From contig JAANOX010000214.1 of NCBI GenBank assembly GCA_020184695.1, positions 1-64,000 of the forward strand: a DNA stretch of 64,000 bases, read 5' to 3'. Under the pieces are notes generated by a model. It searched no databases and was not told the origin of the DNA. It worked only from the letters and a program-made list of their open reading frames with translations. This document shows positions 44,663 to 56,243 of the stretch, in pieces (positions within the stretch are counted from its first letter, which is position 1; each line of letters starts with the position of its first letter). The DNA comes from Histomonas meleagridis 2922-C6/04-290x. Lineage: Eukaryota > Protista > Parabasalia. The translations under genes were made by a program, and so were the position numbers.

Positions 44663-45193
44663 TTATTCATTTGGAACAATAGATTTAAGCCATGCACCGA
44701 GCTTATTAAGAAATGTATTAAGTGGAATTCTTGGTCCGCTCTTAGATTTTTCTCCAAGGGTTTCGGATCCACGAGAAAGCTGTACGAGTTTGATAATTGT
44801 CGGTATGATAACAAAGATTGTAAAATCTCCACATGTTTGAAGGAATATGACTTTATGACTTGAATGATATTTAATCCAGAAAATTAAAGAGATAACGAAA
44901 GTAGCAATTCCCTGAATTAATTCGAAAAATGGAATTAGTCCAAATAATTGTGCTCCCCACCAAAAAGCTAATAAAGTTCCAAAAGCTGATACTTTTCTGA
45001 AAGGAAGGAATAGGCCAAATACGGCAATTACAATCGCTACAATTTTTGATAAACGAGTGAAAAGAATACGATTTTCATTTGCAATAGCAAGAAGACCAGC
45101 TAAAGCGCAAAAAACGGAAGCAATTGCAACAACAATAAAGAAGGTACCACCAAAAATACCAGTAATTACGTTCAGAACCTGATCAGTCGACAT
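44663..45193 (-). CDS. TEX261/Svp26-like membrane protein
   Basis: Four to five TM segments; CALAGLLAIANENRILFTRLSK resembles the Svp26 SLAxGLYYLxExxEE pattern. Confidence 0.5.
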   Translation of the reverse strand: MSTDQVLNVITGIFGGTFFIVVAIASVFCALAGLLAIANENRILFTRLSKIVAIVIAVFGLFLPFRKVSAFGTLLAFWWGAQLFGLIPFFELIQGIATFVISLIFWIKYHSSHKVIFLQTCGDFTIFVIIPTIIKLVQLSRGSETLGEKSKSGPRIPLNTFLNKLGAWLKSIVPNE

Positions 45194-45449
45194 GTCGATT
45201 CCAAGTGCGCACTTTTCAAATAAAACCGCAAATACGTTCTAAAACTTTTTTTATGCTTTTTCTCTTTTTGAGCATAAAGTACAACAAAAAAATCATAATA
45301 AACACATATTATGTGCTAAATATGTAACTAAATTCTCTAAATATTCATAAAGTTTTTCTGATCTCATATTTACAAATGATAATAAATTTGATAGAATTTC
45401 TATATTTAAGGAAAAATATGAAAAGCTCGAGTTGTAACTTTTTTAGAAT

Positions 45450-46397
45450 TTATTTTTTATTAATCTGTTCAATCATGAAGTTTAAGAATTTTTCCCATAG
45501 CCCATCAACGTTTTTGTATCCAGGGAAATAGTTCAAGTCCACAAGCCAATAGTGTTTATCTTTATCAATCAGTATGTCAAATCCTATTAATTCCATTCCG
45601 AGTTCTTTTCTTAACACTTTCGATATCTTCTGAAAGTCTTCAATTGGCATTTCAACGTTCGATAAATCTCTGTTTGGCGTCCAAATTGACTTCGCGGCTT
45701 CAGATGGTTGAGAAAAGAAATCGATGTTCAAACATTCGCCAGGTTCAACATTTCGAGTTGATGGTCTAACGCCGGGTATAATGTTGTCTCCTAATGCATA
45801 GAGTTTATATACGACTCCATTGTGATTAATGTATTGTTGAAGAAGAGATGGAGATCGAACTCCAACAAGTTGGTCAACTGATGTAGCAAGACGCAACGTA
45901 TGAGCTTGAACTGTGGATGAAGCATCTTTTGGTTTGGCGAGAATTGGAAATGGAATATTTTCTGTGATTTTGATTAGATTTTCTAATGTGGGTTCATCAT
46001 TAAACATGATTGCTTGTGGCACAGAAATTGGCATATCGCTTGGCCATTTAATTGATGATAATTTGGAATTTAATTCTTCACGATCAAGTGTAACTGCTAC
46101 ATGATCTAAATCATCAATAAATCTAACTTCTGGATGTGATTTTGAATAATTGTAAAGCTCTTCGATTTCTTTATTGCAGTGCATATCATGACCTTTCATT
46201 GAATAAGTCATTTTATGAATTATTAAATTAAATGGACCTTGTGGTTCAATTGGTTTTGTCAAATCAACCCACACAAGTTGAACATTATTTTTAGCTGCAT
46301 ATTCAACAAATTCATTCCATTTCATTCTTTCCCATTTTTCTTTTGGACCACAATAGCCAATTCTTAATTGTTCCATTGATAATAATTCACAGAGCAC
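45450..46397 (-). CDS. ITPK1: Inositol-tetrakisphosphate 1-kinase (ATP-grasp)
   Basis: LIIHKMT, QQYINHNGVVYKLYALGD and VDLNYFPGYK motifs. Confidence 0.9.
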   Translation of the reverse strand: MLCELLSMEQLRIGYCGPKEKWERMKWNEFVEYAAKNNVQLVWVDLTKPIEPQGPFNLIIHKMTYSMKGHDMHCNKEIEELYNYSKSHPEVRFIDDLDHVAVTLDREELNSKLSSIKWPSDMPISVPQAIMFNDEPTLENLIKITENIPFPILAKPKDASSTVQAHTLRLATSVDQLVGVRSPSLLQQYINHNGVVYKLYALGDNIIPGVRPSTRNVEPGECLNIDFFSQPSEAAKSIWTPNRDLSNVEMPIEDFQKISKVLRKELGMELIGFDILIDKDKHYWLVDLNYFPGYKNVDGLWEKFLNFMIEQINKK

Positions 46398-46530
46398 TTA
46401 AAAATTCACAAACGTCATCATGAAATGCCACAAAATTTTGAATGGAAATAAATATGTCACATCAAACAAAAGTATTAAAGTGTCAATTTTAATTTGATGA
46501 AAGAATAAATTGATTTGACACTCGTTTAGT

Positions 46531-47709
46531 TTAGGCCGTGCTTTGCCAATGCTTTGCTGCTCTATCAGCGCCAATTTCCTTGAAATCATTCTTGCTAATC
46601 CAAGAATTAGATTTATCGGCAGTCAAATTTGCAAGAACGGTAGCACCAAGATAAACAAGGTAACGACGATTAGGTGGATCTTCTACTTTGATCTTATAGC
46701 TCTTAAGTTGCTTTCTGTCATTCTTAAGAACATTCTTTAATACCAAATTCTTGAGATCGTTCTCAATACGAGTTGAGAGACCTGGGAACATTGTTGTACC
46801 TCCAGAGACAACAATTGATTGGAAGAATTGCTTACGAAGATTGATATCAGCTTTCATGATAGTCTCGAATATGAGATCAGAAAGACCTGGTGTTTCAAGA
46901 CCGAGTTGGTATGGTTGGAAGAGAACTTCTGGAGCTTCGAAACGTTCACCAGAAACTTTGATGACACGACCATCTGGTAATGTGTATGGAACAACATATG
47001 TTGTTGTTTCCTTGGCAATACGACGATCCATTTCGATATCGGCTGAGATGAAGCACATCTTTTCTTTGATTTCACGAACAACATCGAAATCTGATGTCTT
47101 ATGGAATGTATAACCACGAAGTGTAAGAAGCTTAACCATATGTTCTGTGATATCACGGCCAGCAATATCCATACGACCAACAAGATGTGGGAGAAGATAG
47201 TTTTCACAAATTGGCATAATATGAGTAACACCATCACCTGAGTCAACAACAACGCCTGTGACTAAACCTTGTGCATAAAGAACAAGAATAGCTTGTGGTG
47301 AGATTTGGATTGCTGGGAAGTCATATTTTTCAAAGAAGATTTCCATCATCTTCTTCCTGTTTTCAAGTGGGTTGAGTGGTGCTTCAGTTACAAGAACTGG
47401 GTGCTCTGAGCAGTTGATCTTGAGCTTGTTCTTCCAGATGTATTCAAGAACTAATTGTTCATCATCCCAATTCTTTACAACACCGTGCTCAACAGGAAGT
47501 GAAAGATCGAGATATTGACGTACGTCGTTGATTTCATCGCAAATCATTTGGTCCTTGAGCTTTGCACGTGAAAATGATTCATCTGAACGAAGAATTGGAC
47601 GACCAACTGTGTTTGGGAGAACAAAGTCTGGAATCTGTGAGGTACTCATACCAACTTTAAGGAAACCTGTTCCAAGGTCGAGAACGACGGGCGTTTTGTT
47701 TCCTGACAT
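46531..47709 (-). CDS. ARP2: Actin-related protein 2
   Basis: DLGTGFLKVG, VGRPILRS, LLPHLVGRMDIAGRDIT and GERFEAPEVLFQP motifs. Confidence 0.95.
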   Translation of the reverse strand: MSGNKTPVVLDLGTGFLKVGMSTSQIPDFVLPNTVGRPILRSDESFSRAKLKDQMICDEINDVRQYLDLSLPVEHGVVKNWDDEQLVLEYIWKNKLKINCSEHPVLVTEAPLNPLENRKKMMEIFFEKYDFPAIQISPQAILVLYAQGLVTGVVVDSGDGVTHIMPICENYLLPHLVGRMDIAGRDITEHMVKLLTLRGYTFHKTSDFDVVREIKEKMCFISADIEMDRRIAKETTTYVVPYTLPDGRVIKVSGERFEAPEVLFQPYQLGLETPGLSDLIFETIMKADINLRKQFFQSIVVSGGTTMFPGLSTRIENDLKNLVLKNVLKNDRKQLKSYKIKVEDPPNRRYLVYLGATVLANLTADKSNSWISKNDFKEIGADRAAKHWQSTA

Positions 47710-48283
47710 TTTACGAATGAGCAAAAGAGCATGGTTTCACTTTTTGAATCAAACCGCTGTTTTATTGTTTCACATAACTTACTGAAGAAAAATTGATCTT
47801 GTAAATTGTTTTTGAAGTTGTAAAAAAATGTATATTTTTAAAAGAGGACATGAAAAATGTAATTAAAATGAATGATATTATTTAGTTTTGTAATACGATG
47901 TTTGATTTTAGAATATTTTAGTTTTGAGTGATTCTGAGAATATCTGGTCGCGCCAAACATGTATCATCTTGAATGATTTTAATTAACCCATAAAAATTCA
48001 GACTACATTCAGCTCATAATATGAAAATTAGAATATTAATAATTTTGTATATAAAATATTTATCATTTTCTCCAAAGATTTTATGGAATAGAAAAAAATG
48101 ATTACTTCAATGTGAGCACTGTTGAGATGAGTCAATGTGACCGAATTTACATATTTAAAACGCATAATATGTTTTACGTTTTAAAATATACAAAATTATT
48201 TATCTAAATTTTTTATTTAATAACAAATGATTTAACTTTATTATTTTATATAAGTCCGATACCCATTCCAACAAATGTTATCA

Positions 48284-51200
48284 TTATCTTACGTCATCAC
48301 GCAAAATCATAAACAGCTCCTCGATACTTCCGATTGTTTTTTCGATCATATCAGATCTGTAAACAATCTTCATATTTTTATGTGTATTTTGTGTAGTAGA
48401 CCTTAGCACGAAATGTTTCTGCCCATTAAATGCCAATGAAATCGTTTTTTGTTTTATATAAAATGATTCCATTGTATCCTTCAAGTCGTCCATCGTATAA
48501 CCGAAATTGTCTCTGAATTTTTGAAATATTTCCAAAATTGTGAGCAGTGCATTCAAATCCGCTTGCACGCCTTGGATTAAGAACTTTACGAACGGCTCGA
48601 AACTTTCTTCGGTGTAAACGTCCGAAATCAAGCTACAAACCAAGTGGTTCAAAATTGACATATTTACATTACGGTTATTATTATTCGTTATTTCTATTTT
48701 TATCACTTTTGTGTAAATATAAATTTGAATGTAACCGTTCCCGTAATTTTTGACAAAGCAAGCGCTTGTTTTGACAAACCTATCGCCCATAATAAAGTTG
48801 TCAAATTTGAATCCATATTTCAATATCATTAAGACGATATCACAAAACGTTGAAATGTGATTTTTTGCAATTGGCATTTGTTCCAATCGATGAAAACGTG
48901 TTTCTGATAATATTTGGCTTAATTTAATTTTTGGTATTAATAACGTACTACTTAATGACGTTGAAATCAATTTCTTTTCTCCTTGATACAAAAACGGGAT
49001 TTTAATTTCGAAGTTTGAAACCAATAAACAAATGTTAAAAGTGAATTTTTTCTTATATATCACAACGATATCATTCGAGTTCTTTGACGAATAATATATC
49101 CAATCATCATTTAATGAATGAAACAAATTGTTCATTGTCAACACTGGATAAATAGTACTATTAATGAAGATACTTAACTCATGTGAGAAATGTTCATTGT
49201 CGATATAACCCTTAAAAAATTTATGATATAAATATTCGCGTGAAAATTGTAACTTTAACTTCGACAACAAACAACTACAGAAGTTAATTTTGTTTTCACT
49301 TTCAAACATTAATTGTAAATGTGTATGATATTTATCTTTAAACTCTATCTGAAGATGATAATTATCATACATTATATAGTTAGAAATTATTGACGAACGA
49401 TTAATAACTTCAATCATATGAATGACAAAGCCGCGCCAATTATTAAGATTAGCAATGAATCGTGCAAACAAACATGCAAAACGTGCACTGAATTCATTGC
49501 CATGAATTGTAATCGATGGCTGTAATTGTATTGTGTTAATTGATGAAGCTTCAACTAAGATAATCTTCCAGCGATCTTTTTTGATTTCAACTTTACATCG
49601 TTTATATGAGGTAAGAATGATCTCAATGATATAACCTGTGCGGATGTTAATGATGCCGAGTTTCCGAAGTTCTTTTTGGAGTTGTAACATAAATAAAAGA
49701 CGTTTCGACTTGGTTAATAATTGTGAAAATTTCGACCATACTTTAAATGAACTGGATGTGTTCAACGCGGCGATCTCAGGATCTGTGTATTCTTTGCCAT
49801 TCGTGTCAAATATGTAGATCTTGGGATGACCTTCGATACTCAGAACATACATCTCAAAATCGGGCGCAAAGGAAAAGGTTCGCTTGTAGGAATGTGGTGT
49901 TGATAAATATGTTTGTAAATCTGAAAGTCTGCCATATGTATGCGCAATATGTGCATTGATCATGACATTGGTAAAGATTTGCAAGATGAAATTACGGATC
50001 TGCTTGTCATCTATAATGATATCGAAGCATGTAGAGTTTAATCCAATGTCAGAATGTATATAAAATTTTGTAAGACCTGTAAATGGATTTATTTTGACGG
50101 TGATTAGGTTTAAAGGAATTAGATATGTTTCAATACGACCAAATGTCGCAACTGATTTATCAAATATAAGCTTTGATGAAAAAAATGGAAATGAGACTGC
50201 TCGTACTGTATGAATTAAGCTTCGCCAAAGCTTTAAGATTGAAGTAAAATAACCTAAGTCGCGAAGATTACCAACTAGTCTTTCAAAATTGGTATCATTT
50301 GGTAACTTTGAGGAAATGCCAACTTTCATCGACGGTTCAAACGGTTCGTTCTGGTCAAAAAGTTCGTAGCGGTTAAAATTGGCTAAATATTGAGAATCTT
50401 TGTTTACAAATGGAAGAACTTGATCAGGAAAACCATAAATTGGCTCTCGTGATGAAACTACCAATATCCCATGTTGTAAAGAGAAGTTGTATGTGTTTTT
50501 AACACAGAAATATTTAGGATAAACAAGTTGGATTTCACTTGGTTTGGTTTTGTTGATTGAATATGCAAATGCTGATTGATTTTGTGAAATAACTTTGGCA
50601 CCTTTAACAAAAATACCAATCATGTAAAGGTTGTGAAGTAATTTATCAACTTTGATAAGAAAATTAGACGGATCTCGAAAAAGATAATTTATATGTCGGA
50701 AATATTGCTTAAGAATATGTGGAGGAAATTTGATGTTCCGAGGCCACTTGAATGCAAAGCGTTTTATTTTGAAATAACCTTTACGTGAATATACAAATGA
50801 AACATAATACTCATTGTCAGCGTGTATAGTTAGGTAATTCTTCTTATGTTTGATTTTGTTAATTCTTCTAGGAATAACAGATTTAAATATTTCGGATAAA
50901 ATGAATATTTTCTGTGTATCATTATCATGAAGTGGAAGTTTAAGTCTGTTAATAGGAACGGAATAATGAAAACCTTTAATTGGCATAAGTCTCTGTATGT
51001 TTTCGATTTGTTGTTGGAATTCACGAATCCTAACATTTGGACCTGGAATTATCTTACTTGTAATCATAGAACTTCTGGAATTTCTACTATAACGAAATAG
51101 GACAAGAAGTCTTGCCATTTGAAATTTAATTTGTGTGAGTTTATTCATTAATTTCATTCGATTTGTAACCAAGCTCTGTGATGATGAAATACATGAATTT

Positions 51201-51286
51201 AACTGCGACTCGGCAAATATTAAAGTTTTGTGTAGAATTTCATTAAGCTTCAATCCAGAACTTGAAGCTTTATTACCAAGCCGCAT
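48284..51286 (-). CDS. Large protein, possibly Mediator Med14-like
   Basis: 1000 aa intact ORF; the N-terminal KFQMARLLVLFRY weakly resembles the Med14 R..F.KLLALV.W motif. Confidence 0.4.
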   Translation of the reverse strand: MRLGNKASSSGLKLNEILHKTLIFAESQLNSCISSSQSLVTNRMKLMNKLTQIKFQMARLLVLFRYSRNSRSSMITSKIIPGPNVRIREFQQQIENIQRLMPIKGFHYSVPINRLKLPLHDNDTQKIFILSEIFKSVIPRRINKIKHKKNYLTIHADNEYYVSFVYSRKGYFKIKRFAFKWPRNIKFPPHILKQYFRHINYLFRDPSNFLIKVDKLLHNLYMIGIFVKGAKVISQNQSAFAYSINKTKPSEIQLVYPKYFCVKNTYNFSLQHGILVVSSREPIYGFPDQVLPFVNKDSQYLANFNRYELFDQNEPFEPSMKVGISSKLPNDTNFERLVGNLRDLGYFTSILKLWRSLIHTVRAVSFPFFSSKLIFDKSVATFGRIETYLIPLNLITVKINPFTGLTKFYIHSDIGLNSTCFDIIIDDKQIRNFILQIFTNVMINAHIAHTYGRLSDLQTYLSTPHSYKRTFSFAPDFEMYVLSIEGHPKIYIFDTNGKEYTDPEIAALNTSSSFKVWSKFSQLLTKSKRLLFMLQLQKELRKLGIINIRTGYIIEIILTSYKRCKVEIKKDRWKIILVEASSINTIQLQPSITIHGNEFSARFACLFARFIANLNNWRGFVIHMIEVINRSSIISNYIMYDNYHLQIEFKDKYHTHLQLMFESENKINFCSCLLSKLKLQFSREYLYHKFFKGYIDNEHFSHELSIFINSTIYPVLTMNNLFHSLNDDWIYYSSKNSNDIVVIYKKKFTFNICLLVSNFEIKIPFLYQGEKKLISTSLSSTLLIPKIKLSQILSETRFHRLEQMPIAKNHISTFCDIVLMILKYGFKFDNFIMGDRFVKTSACFVKNYGNGYIQIYIYTKVIKIEITNNNNRNVNMSILNHLVCSLISDVYTEESFEPFVKFLIQGVQADLNALLTILEIFQKFRDNFGYTMDDLKDTMESFYIKQKTISLAFNGQKHFVLRSTTQNTHKNMKIVYRSDMIEKTIGSIEELFMILRDDVR

Positions 51287-52354
51287 TAATTACCTTTTTG
51301 AACAGGACATCTCAATTTTGTTAAAAGCCACAAATGGATTCAATTTCAAGCAGAAAAGGGTGGTAGTAAATAACAGAAATTGAAGAGTTATCCAGCCAGA
51401 TTTAGAGGTGATAAAATTGCTGATTTTAAAATTTAATCTTTACAAGAACATTCCAATTTATTAAAGATGTATTTTATTTTTTTAAAAAATAATATTGATA
51501 TCCTAAAAAATGACTTTCTTTATCCTTACTGAAAAAAGAAAATTCAAATGAGAAAAAATATAAACATTTAAAAAAAGGAAGTTGGTAAGATTTGCAGCAT
51601 CGGAAAACAAGTTTTATAAAATGAAAACAAAAAACAACTTCTAAATTTTTTGGCGCAAGATGTTATCACAAAAGAGATGTTAACTTTTTGAACTTCAATT
51701 GTAAAGCTAGCTAATTTACAACCATTCAAAAAATTTATTTTGAATGGAAATAAATTGGTTGTAAAAAACCGACGTTATAATTTTATTTTTTGAGCTGTGA
51801 TGAACAATCTTGGATTAGGCACGATCTTCAATAGAGATGAAAAAATTAAAGTTATTCGTTTAATAAGGGGTGGTATCAACTGTTAATAACTCAATAAAAA
51901 AATATATTTTCAATTTTAAAATTCAAAATTTCATGAAGTTTATTGCTAATTAATCTTTCAGGTGTTTTGCATTTGAGTGTGACTTATTGAACTTTGTTTA
52001 TTATGTTCAATAAAATAAAACTTTAATCATTAATGTTAAAGTAATCTCAAGATTTTTATTACAAGTTGGAACTTAACTTTAGTAATCAATAAAAAATGTG
52101 CACCATTTTGATAGCTTAAAGAGTGAGTATTAAGATCACAGTATGAACGAGTTTGAATAGTCAAAAAAATAAATTTATTGTATCTAATGAAGATGTTAGT
52201 TAACTAATATTAGCAAATGAAATTTTTTTTACGTGTTAGATGATAAATCCAATGGCAATCGTAGGATTATTTTTCTGAGAAGTTAACAACGTTTTGTTAA
52301 CTTTTTCTATATATCAAATGGTCGTCTGACTTTTCCCAAAATTATTAATCACCA

Positions 52355-52858
52355 ATGATCAAAAAATCTATTGTTCCAATCAAAGATAACATCAATGATC
52401 TTGCAAACTTTGCAAAGCCAATATTATTAGAATGTTATGAAAGATTCTTCAAACCAGGTGTTACAATACAATGGGTCAATAATAATCAATCAGCAGAAGC
52501 TATTAAAAGAGACATAAAAGATGGAATGGAATACTACTATATAAAGTCAGATAATGAGGTTGTAGGTTATTTTGCAATTAAGCCTGACAATAAAGATCTT
52601 CTTCTCAGTAAACTTTACATTGACAAAAAGCATCGAGGGAAAGGATTCGGCAAATACGCATTAGATTTTGCAAATAATTATGGAAAAGAAAAAAATCTTC
52701 AAAATGTTTATTGCTATTGTGCCGATTACAATACAAAGTCACTTGAAATCTATGATAAGCTCGGGTTCAAAGAAAAAGGGGATTACATATATAAGGAAAA
52801 GTTACTTGGTGAAATTGTTGCTGAAAGAGAAATTATATTAGAGAAGCCTATCTTATGA
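52355..52858 (+). CDS. GNAT acetyltransferase, bacterial-like
   Basis: LSKLYIDKKHRGKGFGK acetyl-CoA motif A; N..SLEIYDKLGF motif B. Confidence 0.88.
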   Translation: MIKKSIVPIKDNINDLANFAKPILLECYERFFKPGVTIQWVNNNQSAEAIKRDIKDGMEYYYIKSDNEVVGYFAIKPDNKDLLLSKLYIDKKHRGKGFGKYALDFANNYGKEKNLQNVYCYCADYNTKSLEIYDKLGFKEKGDYIYKEKLLGEIVAEREIILEKPIL

Positions 52859-53854
52859 TCACTAAATATATTTTTGTAAACATAACTTACACTTATATAA
52901 TTTTTTTTTCAATTTATCTATTCTGTAAATTTATGTTTTATATCACTGAAAATAAATATTTATTTCATCATTCGTTAAAAAAAAATTTAGAACAAATTTA
53001 TATAGTCTTTTTTCGTTTTATTAACCATATAATCGTCATAGTATAATCCATAGTTTAAAGTTAAAACGAAATTTAAGGATTTTGAAATTTCGTATTATAT
53101 CCCAATAACATCTGATTAAAACCTGAAAAATATTTTTTCTATATTCATTTTATTTTAACTATTTTTGTATACAAAGAAGAATATTGTGTTTTTTGGGGTA
53201 TTATATTATTAAATAAGGACCCTTTTATGAGGAAGAACGAATTTAAAATTAGGATATTTCCAAGGTGTATAATATAAAGGAAAAGTTTGATATTATAATT
53301 TTTCCTGATATGATAGATTCTTTTTTTTGATTTTTCGAGATATAAAAATTTACCGCTAGTATTCTTGAACATAATTTTTGATAAGAACATAAAAACATTC
53401 GCACTTTGAATTTTTTTCAAAATATAAAAAAATGTTCACGATAATGGTTATTGTTTTGATAATTCTTTTTTCACTTTGAGCAATGTACAAGTATAAGATT
53501 TTTCGTCATTTCAGTGATGTATCATATTTATTTTGGATTATACATTAATTTAACATTTTCTAGTCTTTCAATCGTGTGTTTTATTTTTTTTACAACTATT
53601 ACAATAATTGAATGTCTGTCTTTTCCAAATAAATTAATTAAGTTTGAAAAAAAAACAAAAGGAAAATAAAAAAATTCTATGATTATTTTTGGAAGGAAAC
53701 AATTCATTTTAGTGTTGAATACAAAAATAATAATTGGAAAATTGAACATATGTATAGAAACTTTTATACTTATCAAACAAAAAGCAAATTTACTAACCAA
53801 TATAATTAATATTAAATTATCTCATCAATAAGTAACATTCATCCATTTTTCAAA

Positions 53855-54673
53855 ATGAAAGGAATGTTGAGTTCGCCATTACTTGATATCGCAATGGCTT
53901 CTGTTCATGATGTTTGTTGTAATATCGATGTATCTTTACAAAAGAAGATTAGAAAGTATTTTTCAGATTTTATAGATGGAAAAATTACACATAACCAAAT
54001 ATATTCATTTTTGTTTTCAACGATTCATAGTGTACAACCATTAGAAAAAATAGAAATGATACTTTCTATACCTGATGAACCTATACCAGGAAATCCAGAT
54101 ATTCTTGAATCAGATAATTCATCACGAAAGAAGACGAGAACTTGGTCTCAATTTGAAGATCTTAGATTACTTGCATCAATTCATCGACATGGCCATGAGA
54201 ACTGGGCAATAATAGCAAAATATGTTGGTAATGGTAGAACGAGAGCTCAATGTTCACAAAGATGGCATCGAGGATTAGATCCACGAATATCTAAAGAACA
54301 ATGGACTCGTAAAGATGATGAAAAACTTTTAATGTTAATAAAAAACAATGGACTTAAGGGATGGACAAGAATAGCTCAAGCAATGGGGAATCGAAGTGAT
54401 GTACAATGTCGATATCATTATATTCAACTTAAAAAGGAAATGGAATCAAAAGGACAAGTAATCCCAAACGTAGAAGTTTTTTATCATAATTCTGGAAAAC
54501 AAAGTTCTGATTCAGCTACAAAAAATAAATGTACAACACAAGAAAAACTGTTTAATGATAATAATCCATTTATTTGGCTCAAGGATGATGAAATGGAGCA
54601 AACTTTGTTTGGACAGTCTTCGCTTGCTGAAATTCCTCAAGCTGAAGGGAATAATATGGTTTTTTGGTCATAA
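53855..54673 (+). CDS. R2R3 Myb transcription factor
   Basis: WSQFEDLRL..RTRAQCSQRW..WTRKDDEKL..RSDVQCRYHY. Confidence 0.95.
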   Translation: MKGMLSSPLLDIAMASVHDVCCNIDVSLQKKIRKYFSDFIDGKITHNQIYSFLFSTIHSVQPLEKIEMILSIPDEPIPGNPDILESDNSSRKKTRTWSQFEDLRLLASIHRHGHENWAIIAKYVGNGRTRAQCSQRWHRGLDPRISKEQWTRKDDEKLLMLIKNNGLKGWTRIAQAMGNRSDVQCRYHYIQLKKEMESKGQVIPNVEVFYHNSGKQSSDSATKNKCTTQEKLFNDNNPFIWLKDDEMEQTLFGQSSLAEIPQAEGNNMVFWS

Positions 54674-54708
54674 AAAAGAAAAATTATCAGGAGATCTCAG
54701 ATTTAGAA

Positions 54709-55314
54709 TCAACAGCATGAGTTCTTTTTGTCCCTAACTTGTGGGTTTTTGACAAGGTTTTGTGGACCTGGTTCAGGAGATAAGTCCTTCGATGCATCTT
54801 CGGCAATTTCTTCGATCATTTTATTGATAGAGTCATGATTTTCTTTTGCACTAACTTCATAAAATTTAGCGTTGAGTTTAGCGGCCAATTCTTTTCCTTG
54901 TTCGGTTTCAACTTGCCTCTTGTCAACTAAGTCAACTTTATTTCCAATAAGAACAACATGTGGCATCTCTGGGCAATCGTCAACAAGACCCCTATACCAG
55001 GTTTCAATTGCATTAAAACTATCTGGATTATCTATAGAATAAACAAGTAATGCAAATTGAGCATCTCGATAGTACATTGGTGCTAACGAACGAAATCTTT
55101 CTTGTCCAGCTGTGTCCCATATGTGAAGTTTTAGAGCTACGTCGCCAATTTTCATCTTTTTGATATGAAAACATGCGCCGATTGTTGCTGTTTGATCAGG
55201 AATAAATTCTCCCCCATGAACTACATTTACTATGCTGGTCTTTCCAACAGTTGACTCGCCTAAAAGTACAAGCTTAATGTTTGGAGCGTTTTCGAAGCCA
55301 GTTTGGTTGTTCAT
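54709..55314 (-). CDS. Rab GTPase (Rab5/21-related)
   Basis: GESTVGKTS, TIGA, WDTAGQERF, NKVD, EVSAK and a C-terminal CC. Confidence 0.96.
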   Translation of the reverse strand: MNNQTGFENAPNIKLVLLGESTVGKTSIVNVVHGGEFIPDQTATIGACFHIKKMKIGDVALKLHIWDTAGQERFRSLAPMYYRDAQFALLVYSIDNPDSFNAIETWYRGLVDDCPEMPHVVLIGNKVDLVDKRQVETEQGKELAAKLNAKFYEVSAKENHDSINKMIEEIAEDASKDLSPEPGPQNLVKNPQVRDKKNSCC

Positions 55315-56243
55315 TTATTGCTCTGTCAATTAAGCCGTTGGCTATTGAAAATGTACAAAAAGTGCAATTGTAAATAACGGTTATTATAGGTTAAGTACGA
55401 TATTTTTTTTCGAGATAAAAATTTTATTTACACTATTATACAATGATACGATCGTTTATTATATCGAAGATTATTAAACTAATAGTCACATGTAATAACT
55501 AAGTTATGATTTCTATTCTCAGGTTTGATTAACCAAAAAGATAAAAGAGAATATCATTTAAAGACAACAAATTCTGGTGGTTTAACGATAAACTTCTCAA
55601 AAGCGTTTTTTGCGGGTTATCATCAGTATTTGCTGCTTTACTCCGATAATGAGCATGTAACCTACTACAAAAAATTATACTTAATCAAAACATATCAAAT
55701 TTAAGATAAATTAAACTCTAGTAAATTGTAAATAATCGTTTTGTTACATGTTATAACACATTTTAAATTTCAATAAAAACGTTTTTCTGCAGAAAAATCA
55801 AAAACTTTTTGAATAGATTACTTGAAGTAAAAAACCGATATAATAAGTTTATTAAATATTACACAACTGACTATGTCATCCACTCTACGTAATAACTCAA
55901 TATAAAACAAAATGATCCAACTCTCTTGTATAAAAAACTGTATATTGTAAAATCGTATTTTACTAGAAATATCAAGTAAAATATTTGTATCAATTAATTC
56001 TTTTCCATTATTTCAAAAATTTATTTCCAGTTTTAGCACTATTTGTTGCTAACACAACATATAACTAAACAGGAAACAAATTTTAAAAATAAAATAATGC
56101 AAATGTTTCATGAAATTCGTTTATTCAACAACTGTTTTACTAATTTATTTAATGCAAAAAACATTTTTCTTCATTAAAATATACATTTTGTTTATAAGTT
56201 CTTAAAAAAGTGGAAAAATTTCAAGATTTTGAAGATGCGCAAT

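Noticed and set aside
53145-53800. Short Ile/Phe/Lys-rich ORFs (also 14150-14431, 32884-33150, 61283-61724)
   Set aside because: Composition is what AT-rich intergenic DNA yields by chance; no recognisable motifs.
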